From: Acidobacteriota bacterium
GTDB taxonomy: Bacteria; Acidobacteriota; Thermoanaerobaculia; UBA2201
DNA: 43,788 bases
Reading direction: 5' to 3'
Assembly (NCBI GenBank): GCA_037441225.1
Contig: JBBISU010000021.1
Span: 1-43,788 of the forward strand
Shown: piece by piece, positions 29,271 through 38,041 of the stretch
Position numbering within the stretch: the first letter of the stretch is position 1
Layout: every line of letters starts with the position of its first letter
Notes under the pieces: model-generated
The model's database searches: none
Told to the model about the DNA's origin: nothing
Seen by the model: the letters and a program-made list of their open reading frames with translations, nothing else
Made by a program: the position numbers and the translations under genes

Positions 29271-29723
29271 GTGAAAGTTTTTTTTATTTTTTTGTTTATT
29301 CCTTTCTTCCTCTTTTCAGAAGTTCTTCCAAAACTTGAACTTGTACCTTTAAAAAATTCTGAAAAGATAAATTTTGATTCTTTGAAAGAAGAATATCTTT
29401 TAGTTAATTTTTGGGCAAGCTGGTGCACACCTTGCAGGTATGAACTTCCAGAGATTGATAAATTGCAAAAAGAAGTAAAAAAGGAAAAGTTAAAAATAAT
29501 TGCAATAAGTTTAGATGAAAATAAGGAATTGGCAGAAAATTTTTTAAAAAAACTTGATGTATCAATACCTTTTTACTATCTTGAGAAAAAATATCATAGT
29601 AATTTAATAATAACTGGATTGCCAGCAAACTTTTTGACAGACAATAAAAGGGAAATTATAAAAAAATGGGAGGGCTATGATTCTTCCATTTTAAAAGAAA
29701 TAAAAAAAATAATTGGAAAATAG
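29271..29723 (+). CDS. TlpA/ResA-like exported thiol-disulfide oxidoreductase
   Basis: Signal peptide; VNFWASWCTPCRYELP; GLP cis-Pro loop. Confidence 0.92.
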   Translation: MKVFFIFLFIPFFLFSEVLPKLELVPLKNSEKINFDSLKEEYLLVNFWASWCTPCRYELPEIDKLQKEVKKEKLKIIAISLDENKELAENFLKKLDVSIPFYYLEKKYHSNLIITGLPANFLTDNKREIIKKWEGYDSSILKEIKKIIGK

Positions 29724-29732
29724 GAGGTCAAT

Positions 29733-30335
29733 ATGAAATATTTTTGGTTTTTCTTTTTAATTTTTCCACTTTTAAGCTTTGGTTTTTTAAGAGAAGGGAC
29801 TTCTGAGTTTGAATTTTTTGCTGGTTCTCACTTAGGAGATACATTTGTTGTTCATCAACAGCATAATTTTGAAGAAGAAAAAGAACTAAATGATTCTTTT
29901 ATCCTTGGTATGAGAGGAAGTTATTTTTTTGAGGAACATTTTGCCATTGAATTTACCCTCGCGGGTACACAATCTGATACAACAGATGGAGATAATTTTG
30001 ATGCTTATTACTATCATGGAAATTTTCTTTTTCAATTTGGCGAAGGTGCCTTTTCTCCATTTTTTACTATTGGAATAGGAGTAACTACTTTAAGGTATCC
30101 TACTTATGATATAGAAATGAATAAACATAATATTTCTGATACTGAATTTTCCTGGAACTGGGGAGGCGGTTTTAAAATTTATTTTAATGAGAACTTTGCC
30201 TTAAGAACAGATTTAAGGGCATACTTTGTTAACTTGGGAAGAAATGACGATTGCTGGGACGATGAGGACTGTTGGAGATGGGAAGAGGATTTAGTTACAA
30301 CTGAAATCTCCTTTGGATTTGTCTTTAAATTTTAA
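29733..30335 (+). CDS. Small (OmpA-TM-like) outer-membrane beta-barrel protein
   Basis: Signal peptide; alternating beta-strands (SPFFTIGIG, WNWGGGFKIYF, ALRTDLRAY); C-terminal Phe (GFVFKF). Confidence 0.85.
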   Translation: MKYFWFFFLIFPLLSFGFLREGTSEFEFFAGSHLGDTFVVHQQHNFEEEKELNDSFILGMRGSYFFEEHFAIEFTLAGTQSDTTDGDNFDAYYYHGNFLFQFGEGAFSPFFTIGIGVTTLRYPTYDIEMNKHNISDTEFSWNWGGGFKIYFNENFALRTDLRAYFVNLGRNDDCWDDEDCWRWEEDLVTTEISFGFVFKF

Positions 30336-30336
30336 T

Positions 30337-30804
30337 ATGGATATAAAAGTCCCAAGAATAACAGTTCCCTGTAAAATCTTTGTCCACCATTCTGGTGAGG
30401 AAGATTGTGAAGTATTTTTAGCTGAAAGCTCTTCTATTAAGCCAGGTGTTGAAACCTTTGATGAATTTTTGAACATTGACAAAAGAGAATTTGTTCCAGT
30501 TAAATTAACTTATTCCAAAAGAGTTATATTGATGTCTAAGAAGTATATTGAAACAATTACTGTTAATGTAAATAGTTCTTTTATTGATAGAAATGAAGGG
30601 ACACCACCAACAAGAGAGGTAGAAGTGAATATCCAAATGGAAGATGGAAGATTTTATAAGGGTATTATAAAAATTTTTGGTGACTTATATGAAAGCAGAG
30701 TTATTGATTTTGTAAATAAAGGAGGAACTTTTTTTCAACTTTTAAGCAACGATATTGTTCATTACATAAATAAAAATTTTTTAAAGAAAATTGAAGAAAT
30801 TTGA
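30337..30804 (+). CDS. Conserved hypothetical protein with two related half-domains (possibly DUF6812-like)
   Basis: DEFLN...EFVPV and RVIDFVN...FFQL...YINK halves; ATG 30337 follows the barrel stop. The family name is tentative recognition. Confidence 0.65.
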   Translation: MDIKVPRITVPCKIFVHHSGEEDCEVFLAESSSIKPGVETFDEFLNIDKREFVPVKLTYSKRVILMSKKYIETITVNVNSSFIDRNEGTPPTREVEVNIQMEDGRFYKGIIKIFGDLYESRVIDFVNKGGTFFQLLSNDIVHYINKNFLKKIEEI

Positions 30805-32425
30805 ATTTCAAAACATAATATTTACAATTTTAGTAATTTTTGAATTTTTTCTTTTAACAATTTCAAATTTTAAAAATTCTATGGTTTTTGATGAAATTAT
30901 TTATGCTCCCTCCGGGCTTTCCTATTTTGAAAAAAGAGATTTTAGACTAAATGTTGAGCATCCCCCCCTTGGAAAGTATTTTTTATCTATTCCCTTATAT
31001 ATTTTAAGTTTTAAAGGTGATTGTAAAAGCAATTTTTTTAAAAATCAAGATCAGATTAGATTTGGAAAAAACTTTTTTTTTGAAAAAGGAAATTTAAAGA
31101 CATTAAATATTTCAAGGTTTGTAACAATTTTTATAACAATTATCTTTTCAATTTCAATTTATTTTTTTGTTTTAAAAATTTTTGGCAAAAAAGAAGCAGT
31201 TCTTTCATTAATTTTTTTTATTTTTTATCCAGATACAATTGCTTATGGCTCTCTTTCTACAACGGATATGTTTTTTTCTTTCTTCTTTTTTCTCTCCATT
31301 TGTTTTTTTTATTTTTTCTTAAAAGGTTTTAAAAACAAATATTTATTTTTAGCTGCAATTTCTACATCTCTTGCTATATTGACAAGGCATCAAGGGCTTT
31401 TTCTTTTTCCTTTTTATTTTTTAACTTTATTTATCTATTTATTAAAGAGAAAGATATCCTTTAAAAAAATTTTGGTATTTTCATTAATTCTTATAATTTT
31501 TTCCTATTCTTTTATCTGGATTTTTTATTTTTTTAAAAACTCTGTTTTTTTAGCTGGGGTAGAAAAAAAATCATACTTTCTACCTTCAGCATATATAAAC
31601 AGTATTCTCATTTCAAAGGATTTAATAAGTAAAAGGTTATCTTACTTTTTAGGGGAAGTTCAAACAAAAAATTCAAAGATTTTTTATCTTTTTAGTTTCT
31701 TTTTAAAGACACCCATTTCAATTATAATTTTATTATTGTTGTCTGCTTTTTTTAAAATATTTAAAAAAACAAAATTTTTTTTCTTTTCCTTTTTATTTTT
31801 ATTTATAGTATCTTCAATAATATCACCTACCTCAAGCCATAGATATATATTATTTATTTATCCCTTCATTTTTATAATTTCTTCCATTGTTTCTGTAAAT
31901 TTATTAAATAAAAAATGGGACAAGATTTTTCTCTTTTTTTTAATATCTTTTAATATCTATTCCTTTTTTAGATTCTTTCCTTATAACATATCTTATGTAA
32001 ATGAGTTTGTGAAAAAGAATAATTCTTATTTTTATTTTGTTGATTCAAACTTGGATTGGGGACAAGGTTTAATTGCTTTAAGGAGATATATTGAAAAAGA
32101 AAAAATTAATGAGATTTATCTTTCCTATTTTGGAACTGCTGATCCAAAAAGTTATGGAATAAATTTTAAACCCCTTCCTTCTTATTATCAAGAATTGTAT
32201 TATCCAGAAAAATATCCAAAGGAAATATTTATTGAAAAAGGCAAAATTTTAGCTATAAGTATGACAAACCTTGTAGGGTTTTATCAGCCAGTATATTTTA
32301 AGGATATTATAGAAATTGAAAAACCAGAAAAAATAATTGGTGGAAGTATTTTTATATTTAAATCAAAAAAAGAGATTATTTTTGAATTTCAGGAAGGTTC
32401 TCCTATTCATTGGAAAATGAAATAG
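30791..32425 (+). CDS. PMT/GT39-like GT-C membrane glycosyltransferase
   Basis: FDE..Y, RLNVEHPPLGK, TTD, HRY.L, DSNLDWGQ.L; about 11-12 TMs. Confidence 0.85.
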   Translation: MKKFEFQNIIFTILVIFEFFLLTISNFKNSMVFDEIIYAPSGLSYFEKRDFRLNVEHPPLGKYFLSIPLYILSFKGDCKSNFFKNQDQIRFGKNFFFEKGNLKTLNISRFVTIFITIIFSISIYFFVLKIFGKKEAVLSLIFFIFYPDTIAYGSLSTTDMFFSFFFFLSICFFYFFLKGFKNKYLFLAAISTSLAILTRHQGLFLFPFYFLTLFIYLLKRKISFKKILVFSLILIIFSYSFIWIFYFFKNSVFLAGVEKKSYFLPSAYINSILISKDLISKRLSYFLGEVQTKNSKIFYLFSFFLKTPISIIILLLLSAFFKIFKKTKFFFFSFLFLFIVSSIISPTSSHRYILFIYPFIFIISSIVSVNLLNKKWDKIFLFFLISFNIYSFFRFFPYNISYVNEFVKKNNSYFYFVDSNLDWGQGLIALRRYIEKEKINEIYLSYFGTADPKSYGINFKPLPSYYQELYYPEKYPKEIFIEKGKILAISMTNLVGFYQPVYFKDIIEIEKPEKIIGGSIFIFKSKKEIIFEFQEGSPIHWKMK

Positions 32426-33620
32426 CGTTAAGGGATAAACTTTTAGATATTTCTTCTGTCTCCTTTAAGACCCTTAAAAAATTTAATCCAAGGATTTTTT
32501 CAATATCTTTTTTAGCATATCCCCTTTTCAATAATTCATAAGTCAAATTTGGAAGCTCTGATACATCTTTTAAATTATCCATAAAAGTTCCAGCTCCCTC
32601 AAAATCAGAACCAATTCCTACATAATCAATCCCTGCAATTTTTATAATATGCTCAATATGTTCTATTAGTTTATCAATTTTTGGGGGTGGGGGTGAATAT
32701 TTCTGCCATATTTCAAACATTTCTTTATAATATGCTTCTTTATTATTTTCATATTTTTTCTTGATTTCTTCCCTCAATGGAGCAATTTCATTATAAACTT
32801 TGTCACTTTTTTCCCTCCAATCATTATCTAAAAATCCAGCATAAAAATTTACCATTACAATGCCGTTTTTTTGTGCTATTTTTTTTATAAGTTCATCAGA
32901 TATATTTCTTGGGATTGGCACTATACTTCTTGCACAGGAATGGGATGCAATTATTGGTGCTTTTGATAATTCCAAGACATCTAAAACTGTTTTATCTGAG
33001 GAATGACTTACATCAATTACTATTCCTAATTTATTCATTTCCTTTAAAAGTTCTTTTCCATAAGGTGAAAGCCCTCCCCACCTTTCTTCTTTTGCTGTTG
33101 AAGAATCACAAATTTTGTTATTTTCCATATGTGTAAGTCCTATAACCCTTACTCCAAGATTATAAAATGTTTTTAAAAAGGAAATTTCTTCAATTGGGCT
33201 TGAATTTTCCATTGAAATCATTATTCCTTTTTTATTTAACTTTTTTAAATTCAAAATATCTTTGTAGCTTTTAACAAGCATAATTTGATTTTTATTTTTT
33301 TCTATAAAATCATAAATGGAGCTTAAAATCTTTAATGACTTTTTAAAGGGTTCTTTTTCATCCTCTGAATTTGGTGTAAAAATTGCAAACAAAGAAACAT
33401 CAAGGCAACCTTCTTTCATCCTTTCCAAATCAAAGTCACCTTCTTTTCTTTTAATACTTAAATCAACCCCTTGGTTTAAAACCATTGGAACATCACAATG
33501 CCCATCAACTACAATTGCACCATTATGAATTTTCATTGCTTTTTTATATAACTTCTCATTTTTATCTGCTGAAATTAAAATAAAAGATATGACTAAAATA
33601 AAAATTTTAATTTTTCTCAT
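32403..33620 (-). CDS. Membrane (renal-type) dipeptidase, peptidase M19, exported
   Basis: VDGHCD, ISMEN, LTH, IDVSH, ASHS, RN, VGIGSDFEG, LGLNFLRV. Confidence 0.93.
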   Translation of the reverse strand: MRKIKIFILVISFILISADKNEKLYKKAMKIHNGAIVVDGHCDVPMVLNQGVDLSIKRKEGDFDLERMKEGCLDVSLFAIFTPNSEDEKEPFKKSLKILSSIYDFIEKNKNQIMLVKSYKDILNLKKLNKKGIMISMENSSPIEEISFLKTFYNLGVRVIGLTHMENNKICDSSTAKEERWGGLSPYGKELLKEMNKLGIVIDVSHSSDKTVLDVLELSKAPIIASHSCARSIVPIPRNISDELIKKIAQKNGIVMVNFYAGFLDNDWREKSDKVYNEIAPLREEIKKKYENNKEAYYKEMFEIWQKYSPPPPKIDKLIEHIEHIIKIAGIDYVGIGSDFEGAGTFMDNLKDVSELPNLTYELLKRGYAKKDIEKILGLNFLRVLKETEEISKSLSLNAISFSNE

Positions 33621-33626
33621 AAGGTT

Positions 33627-33668
33627 AAGTTAACATAATTTTGAGTAAAACTCAATTTTTGATAAAAT
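33627..33668. promoter_or_regulatory. Back-to-back divergent promoters sharing the palindrome TTGAGT-AAA-ACTCAA
   Basis: Minus: TTGAGT (33655-33650)-17-TAACTT with TG extension-6 nt-ATG. Plus: TTGAGT (33641-33646)-16-TAAAAT with TG extension-7 nt-ATG. Confidence 0.55.
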
Positions 33669-33675
33669 ATAAACT

Positions 33676-34902
33676 ATGAAAAAATTGATTAATAAAAGGA
33701 ATATTTTTATTTTAATTGGAATTTTTTTATTTATTCTTATTCTTTATCTTATTTTTCCAAGGGCTTCTGATGAGCTTTATGTTGAATTAAAAAAAGAAAA
33801 ATTTGAATCAATTGTAGAAACAACAGGTGAGATATTTGCATTTAAATCCATCCCTGTTTGTGCCCCTCCTTCCAGATGGCGACTTCAAATCCTCTGGATT
33901 GTAAAGGAAGGAGAAGTTGTAAAAGAAGGAGATGTTTTATTGAAATTTGATCCAGGGGAACTTCAAAAAGAATTAAATGAAAGGGAGTCAGAGTTAAAAA
34001 GTTTGAAAGCAGAGTTAAAGCAAAGAGAAGAAAATTTAAAGGCAATGGAACTGGATTATGAGATGCAAATGAATTCTGCAAAACTTGAATATGAATTATC
34101 AAAGGTTCAAGTTGTAGAAGATGAAGGGCTTCTGCCAAAGAAAAATTTGGAAGAAGCAAAGTTGAGATTAAGTGCAGCAGAAGAGAAATATAATAAAACA
34201 AAGGAAAAACTTGAAGCAGCAAAAAGGGAAGCAGAAGCAAATATTGAAATTATAAAAGTAAAGATAAAAAATGCCCAAAATAATTATAATTTTGCAAAAG
34301 AGTCCCTTGATAAGATGACAATAAGAGCTCCTTCATCTGGGCTTGTTGTCTTAAATGAAATCTGGGTGGGGGGAGAAGAAAGGAAAGTTCAAGCAGGCGA
34401 TTCTATTTGGTCCGGCTATTGTGTGATTTCTCTTCCTGATTTTTCAACATTAAAAACAAAGGTATGGGTGTCAGAGGTAGATGCAGGAAAAATATCAAAA
34501 GGACAAAAAGCAATTATCTCAATTGATGCTTTCCCGGGGCTTAAAGTAAAGGGAGAAGTTGAATCAATTGCACAGGTTGGAGCAAAGAGGAATTGGGATT
34601 CTACAAAAAAAGAATTCGAAGTAATATTGAGTTTATCAAGGATTGATGATAGGTTGAGGCCCGGGATGACTGCCCATGGTGAAGTAATTATTGAGGAAAT
34701 AAATGATGTTTTAAAAATTCCAATTGAATCGGTAAAAGAAGAAGAAGGGAAAAACTTTGTTTTTATAAAAACAAAGTTTGGAACTAAGAAAAGGGAAATA
34801 AGATTAGGGAAAAGAAATTCAACACATATAATTGTAGAAGAAGGTTTAAAAGAAGGTGAGAGGATTTTATTAGTTCCGCCTGAAGAAAATAAAGCTTCTT
34901 GA
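33676..34902 (+). CDS. MacA/HlyD-type periplasmic adaptor (membrane fusion protein)
   Basis: N-terminal TM; VKEG..VKEGDVL lipoyl half; long coiled coil; IRAP.SG; LRPGMTA; GLKEGE. Confidence 0.92.
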   Translation: MKKLINKRNIFILIGIFLFILILYLIFPRASDELYVELKKEKFESIVETTGEIFAFKSIPVCAPPSRWRLQILWIVKEGEVVKEGDVLLKFDPGELQKELNERESELKSLKAELKQREENLKAMELDYEMQMNSAKLEYELSKVQVVEDEGLLPKKNLEEAKLRLSAAEEKYNKTKEKLEAAKREAEANIEIIKVKIKNAQNNYNFAKESLDKMTIRAPSSGLVVLNEIWVGGEERKVQAGDSIWSGYCVISLPDFSTLKTKVWVSEVDAGKISKGQKAIISIDAFPGLKVKGEVESIAQVGAKRNWDSTKKEFEVILSLSRIDDRLRPGMTAHGEVIIEEINDVLKIPIESVKEEEGKNFVFIKTKFGTKKREIRLGKRNSTHIIVEEGLKEGERILLVPPEENKAS

Positions 34903-34903
34903 A

Positions 34904-36142
34904 ATGTTTTCAGAAATATTGAATTTATGCTTTTTGTCTTTTAAAACCCATAAAATAAGAAGTTTTTTATCAGCCCTTGGTGTTTTTTTTGGAGTTGGAG
35001 CTGTAATAGGTATGCTTTCAATTGGTGAAGGAGCAAGGAAGGAAGTTTTAAATTTAATTAAAATGATGGGAGAAAAGCATATAATTTTAAAGGTTTCAAA
35101 AAGCTTTCAAGAAAATGGTGAAAATAAAGATAAAAGCTTTTATGGCCTTGGTTTTTCAGATTTAAGAATATTAAAAGAAGGGCTTCCAGATATAAAAGCA
35201 ATATCTCCATATAAAAAAATAGAAAATATAGAAGTTTATACAGAATTAGGAGAAAAAACAAAGGGTAATCTGTATGCAGTTCAAAAAGATTATAAAGAAA
35301 TATTAAATCTTCAAATAAAGAGTGGCAGGTTTTTTGTTGAAGAAGATGAAAAAGAATGTTTCAATGTCTGTGTAATTGGAAAAAGCATTTCTTTAAAATT
35401 GTTTGGAAGCCAGAAGCCAGAGGGACAAAAGATAAAAATTTTAAACAATTGGTATACAGTTGTGGGAACTTTATCGGATATGAAGGGAAAGAAAGGAAAG
35501 CTGGAAGGTCTGGAAACAGAAGAAATAGATAAATCAATCTATGTGCCTTTAAGAACCTTTTTGTTAAAAGAAGGAGTTAAAGAAAATACTTCGACCTTTG
35601 ATGAAATTGCTATTACTTTAAATGATTTAAAAGGGCTTAAAACAAAAAAAATATATATAGAAAAACTTTTCAAAAGGTTACATCAAAAAGCAGAAGATGT
35701 AGAAGTGGTTGTTCCTCTTCTCATATTAAAGCAAAAACAAGAGACCCAGAGGATTTTCAATATAGTTATGGCTTGTATTGCAGGAATATCTCTCTTGGTT
35801 GGAGGGATTGGAATTATGAATATTATGCTTGCTTCTGTCTTAGAAAGAATAAGAGAAATTGGAATAAGAAGAGCAGTTGGAGCAAGAAAAAAAGATATAA
35901 TGCTACAATTTTTGCTTGAAGCATCCTTTATATCTGGAATAGGTGGCTTAGCAGGAATAATTTTAGGATTTATAATTGCTTATAGCGTCTCTTTTTTTGC
36001 AAAATGGACAACAACTGTTCCTCTCTGGTCTATCTTTCTTTCTTTTGGAATTTCAATTGCTGTCGGGATTATTTTTGGATACTGGCCCTCAAAAAAGGGC
36101 GCAGAAGCAAATCCAATTGAAGCATTAAGGTATGAAGCATAA
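34904..36142 (+). CDS. MacB/FtsX-type ABC permease (no fused ATPase)
   Basis: RSFLSALG..FGV, GRFF, ISLLVGGIGIMNIML.SV.ER.REIGIR.AVGA, P.EALRYE. Confidence 0.93.
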   Translation: MFSEILNLCFLSFKTHKIRSFLSALGVFFGVGAVIGMLSIGEGARKEVLNLIKMMGEKHIILKVSKSFQENGENKDKSFYGLGFSDLRILKEGLPDIKAISPYKKIENIEVYTELGEKTKGNLYAVQKDYKEILNLQIKSGRFFVEEDEKECFNVCVIGKSISLKLFGSQKPEGQKIKILNNWYTVVGTLSDMKGKKGKLEGLETEEIDKSIYVPLRTFLLKEGVKENTSTFDEIAITLNDLKGLKTKKIYIEKLFKRLHQKAEDVEVVVPLLILKQKQETQRIFNIVMACIAGISLLVGGIGIMNIMLASVLERIREIGIRRAVGARKKDIMLQFLLEASFISGIGGLAGIILGFIIAYSVSFFAKWTTTVPLWSIFLSFGISIAVGIIFGYWPSKKGAEANPIEALRYEA

Positions 36143-36278
36143 GTATGAAAAAGAATAGGTAAATAATATGAATGGATCAGAGTTAGTAAATATTTAAAAA
36201 TTTTTTTTCAATTGCAATATTATTTGATAAAATGAAGAAAAAGATTATAAAATATTTATATGGCAACACTGATTCTTG

Positions 36279-36302
36279 GCAGGCTAAAGAACCTGCGGCT
36301 GC
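36279..36302 (-). repeat. Degenerate GTAG-type REP-like hairpin
   Basis: Minus strand GCAG-CC-GCAGGTT-CTTT-AGCCTGC: stem-loop preceded by GCAG, one mismatch from GTAG. Confidence 0.5.
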
Positions 36303-36329
36303 ATTAAAATAAAAACCATAATATTTGCA

Positions 36330-36425
36330 TTGGCACAAAAATCCACATAAAAAACGGACAGTGGACAACGGACGCGAAAAACGGATTTTGGAAAACGGAC
36401 ACGGACAACGGACAACTGCTCTATT
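36330..36425 (+). repeat. Dispersed heptamer-containing repeat, copy 2
   Basis: About 9 degenerate ACGGACA units (36354-36414); exact 21-mer (36390-36410) and 11-mer (36415-36425) shared with 3407-3476. Confidence 0.8.
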
Positions 36426-36429
36426 AAGG

Positions 36430-36480
36430 TTGACTTTTTTCAATTTCTAAGGTATATTTTTAGAAAATTTTTAAGGAGGT
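36430..36480 (+). promoter_or_regulatory. Sigma70-type promoter and SD of pruA
   Basis: TTGACT (36430-36435)-17 bp-TATATT (36453-36458); AAGGAGGT at 36473-36480. Confidence 0.7.
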
Positions 36481-36484
36481 ATGT

Positions 36485-38041
36485 ATGAAATTTGTGCCAG
36501 AATTTAAAAATGAACCATTGACGGATTTTTCAAATCCAGAAAAAAGAAAGAAACAAGAGGAAGCAATTGAAAAAGTTTTAAAAGAAAAGGGGAAAGAATA
36601 CCCGTTGGTTTTGGGAGGGAGAAGGGTCTTTGCAAAAGAGAAGTTTAATTCCATTAATCCTTCAAAGACTGATGAAGTTTTAGGGGTTTTTCAAAAAGCA
36701 GACAATAAACTTGCTGTAGAGGCAATAGAAGAAGCTTTAAAAGCTTTTGAAGAATGGAAGTGGCATTCAGCAAAGGAAAGAGCTTGTTTTTTATTTAAAG
36801 TTGCAAATTTGATGAGAAAAAAGAGGTTTTATTTGAATGCCTGGATGATTTTGGAAGTGGGAAAAAACTGGGTTGAGGCAGATGCAGATACAGCAGAAGC
36901 AATTGATTTTTGTGAATTTTATGGAAGAGAAATGATAAGGTTATCAGAACATCAAGAACTTACAACAAGGGAAGGGGAGGCAGTTGAATTAAAATATATT
37001 CCTCTGGGTGCAGGTATTGTAATCCCTCCATGGAACTTCCCTTGTGCAATACTTGTTGGTATGACAACTGCTTCAATTGTTACAGGGAATACAGTTGTTT
37101 TAAAACCTGCTTCTGATACACCAGGAATTGCCTATGCCTTTTTTGAAATTTTGGAAGAAGCAGGGCTCCCCCCTGGGGTTGTAAATTTTTTAACTGGTTC
37201 TGGTTCAATTGCAGGTGAAACGCTTGTTTTGCATCCAAAGACAAGGTTTATTGCCTTTACTGGTTCAAAAGAAGTGGGCTTAAGGATTTTTGAAAATGCT
37301 TCCAAATTGCAAAAAGGACAAATCTGGCTTAAAAGGACAATCCTTGAAATGGGAGGAAAAGATTTTATAATTGTAGATGATGAAGCAGATATGGAAACAG
37401 CACTTCAATCTGTATATGCATCTGCTTGGGGGTTTCAAGGTCAAAAGTGTTCTGCCTGTTCTCGCTTGATTTTACAGGAAAAGATTTATGATGAATTTAT
37501 TGAAAAATTTATACCAATGGTTGAAAAGATGAAGATTGGAGATACAAGGATTTATGAAAATTATTTAGGACCTGTTGCAAACAAGTCATCTTATGGAAAG
37601 ATATTGGAATATATTGAAATTGGGAAAAAAGAAGGGAAACTTCTTGCAGGTGGTGGCGCCCATAAAAATAAAGATGGTTATTTTATCCTTCCAACAGTTT
37701 TTGGAGATGTAAAAGCAGATGCAAGGATTGCCCAGGAAGAAATTTTTGGACCAGTTCTTGCAATAATTAAATATAAAAATTTTGAAGAAGCAATTGAGAT
37801 AGCAAATGGAACAGAATATGGATTGACTGGTGCATTGATTACAAGAAATAGAAAAAAGATATGGGAAGGAAAGAAAAAACTTCATTGTGGGAACCTTTAT
37901 ATAAACAGGAAGTGTACTGGTGCCCTCGTGGGTGTTCATCCCTTTGGTGGTTTTAATATGTCTGGAACTGATTCAAAAGCAGGGGGAAAGGATTATTTAT
38001 TATTATTTACACAAGCAAAATCAATTTCTGAAGGATTATAA
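36485..38041 (+). CDS. pruA: L-glutamate gamma-semialdehyde (P5C) dehydrogenase, RocA/PruA type
   Basis: FKNEP.TDF, EADADTAEAIDF, PPWNFP, LEMGGK, GFQGQKCSACSR, QEEIFGP, PFGGFNMSGTDSKAGG.DYL. Confidence 0.95.
   Translation: MKFVPEFKNEPLTDFSNPEKRKKQEEAIEKVLKEKGKEYPLVLGGRRVFAKEKFNSINPSKTDEVLGVFQKADNKLAVEAIEEALKAFEEWKWHSAKERACFLFKVANLMRKKRFYLNAWMILEVGKNWVEADADTAEAIDFCEFYGREMIRLSEHQELTTREGEAVELKYIPLGAGIVIPPWNFPCAILVGMTTASIVTGNTVVLKPASDTPGIAYAFFEILEEAGLPPGVVNFLTGSGSIAGETLVLHPKTRFIAFTGSKEVGLRIFENASKLQKGQIWLKRTILEMGGKDFIIVDDEADMETALQSVYASAWGFQGQKCSACSRLILQEKIYDEFIEKFIPMVEKMKIGDTRIYENYLGPVANKSSYGKILEYIEIGKKEGKLLAGGGAHKNKDGYFILPTVFGDVKADARIAQEEIFGPVLAIIKYKNFEEAIEIANGTEYGLTGALITRNRKKIWEGKKKLHCGNLYINRKCTGALVGVHPFGGFNMSGTDSKAGGKDYLLLFTQAKSISEGL

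Noticed and set aside
33628-33655. dif/Xer site (TTATGTTAA on the minus strand)
   Set aside because: Only an XerD-like half is present; there is no XerC-like arm at 6-bp spacing, and the sequence is explained by promoter elements.
36232-36312. 26-aa ORF (MKKKIIKYLYGNTDSWQAKEPAAALK) as a leader peptide for pruA
   Set aside because: It lies upstream of the pruA promoter, runs through the REP hairpin and has no Pro/Arg codon run.
36354-36414. CRISPR array or iteron set
   Set aside because: Units are 6-7 nt and contiguous with no unique spacers; no cas or rep gene in the window.
36183-36443. 86-aa Cys-rich ORF on the minus strand
   Set aside because: Its Cys/Arg content is simply the translation of the heptamer repeat and REP; it has no SD and overlaps the pruA promoter.
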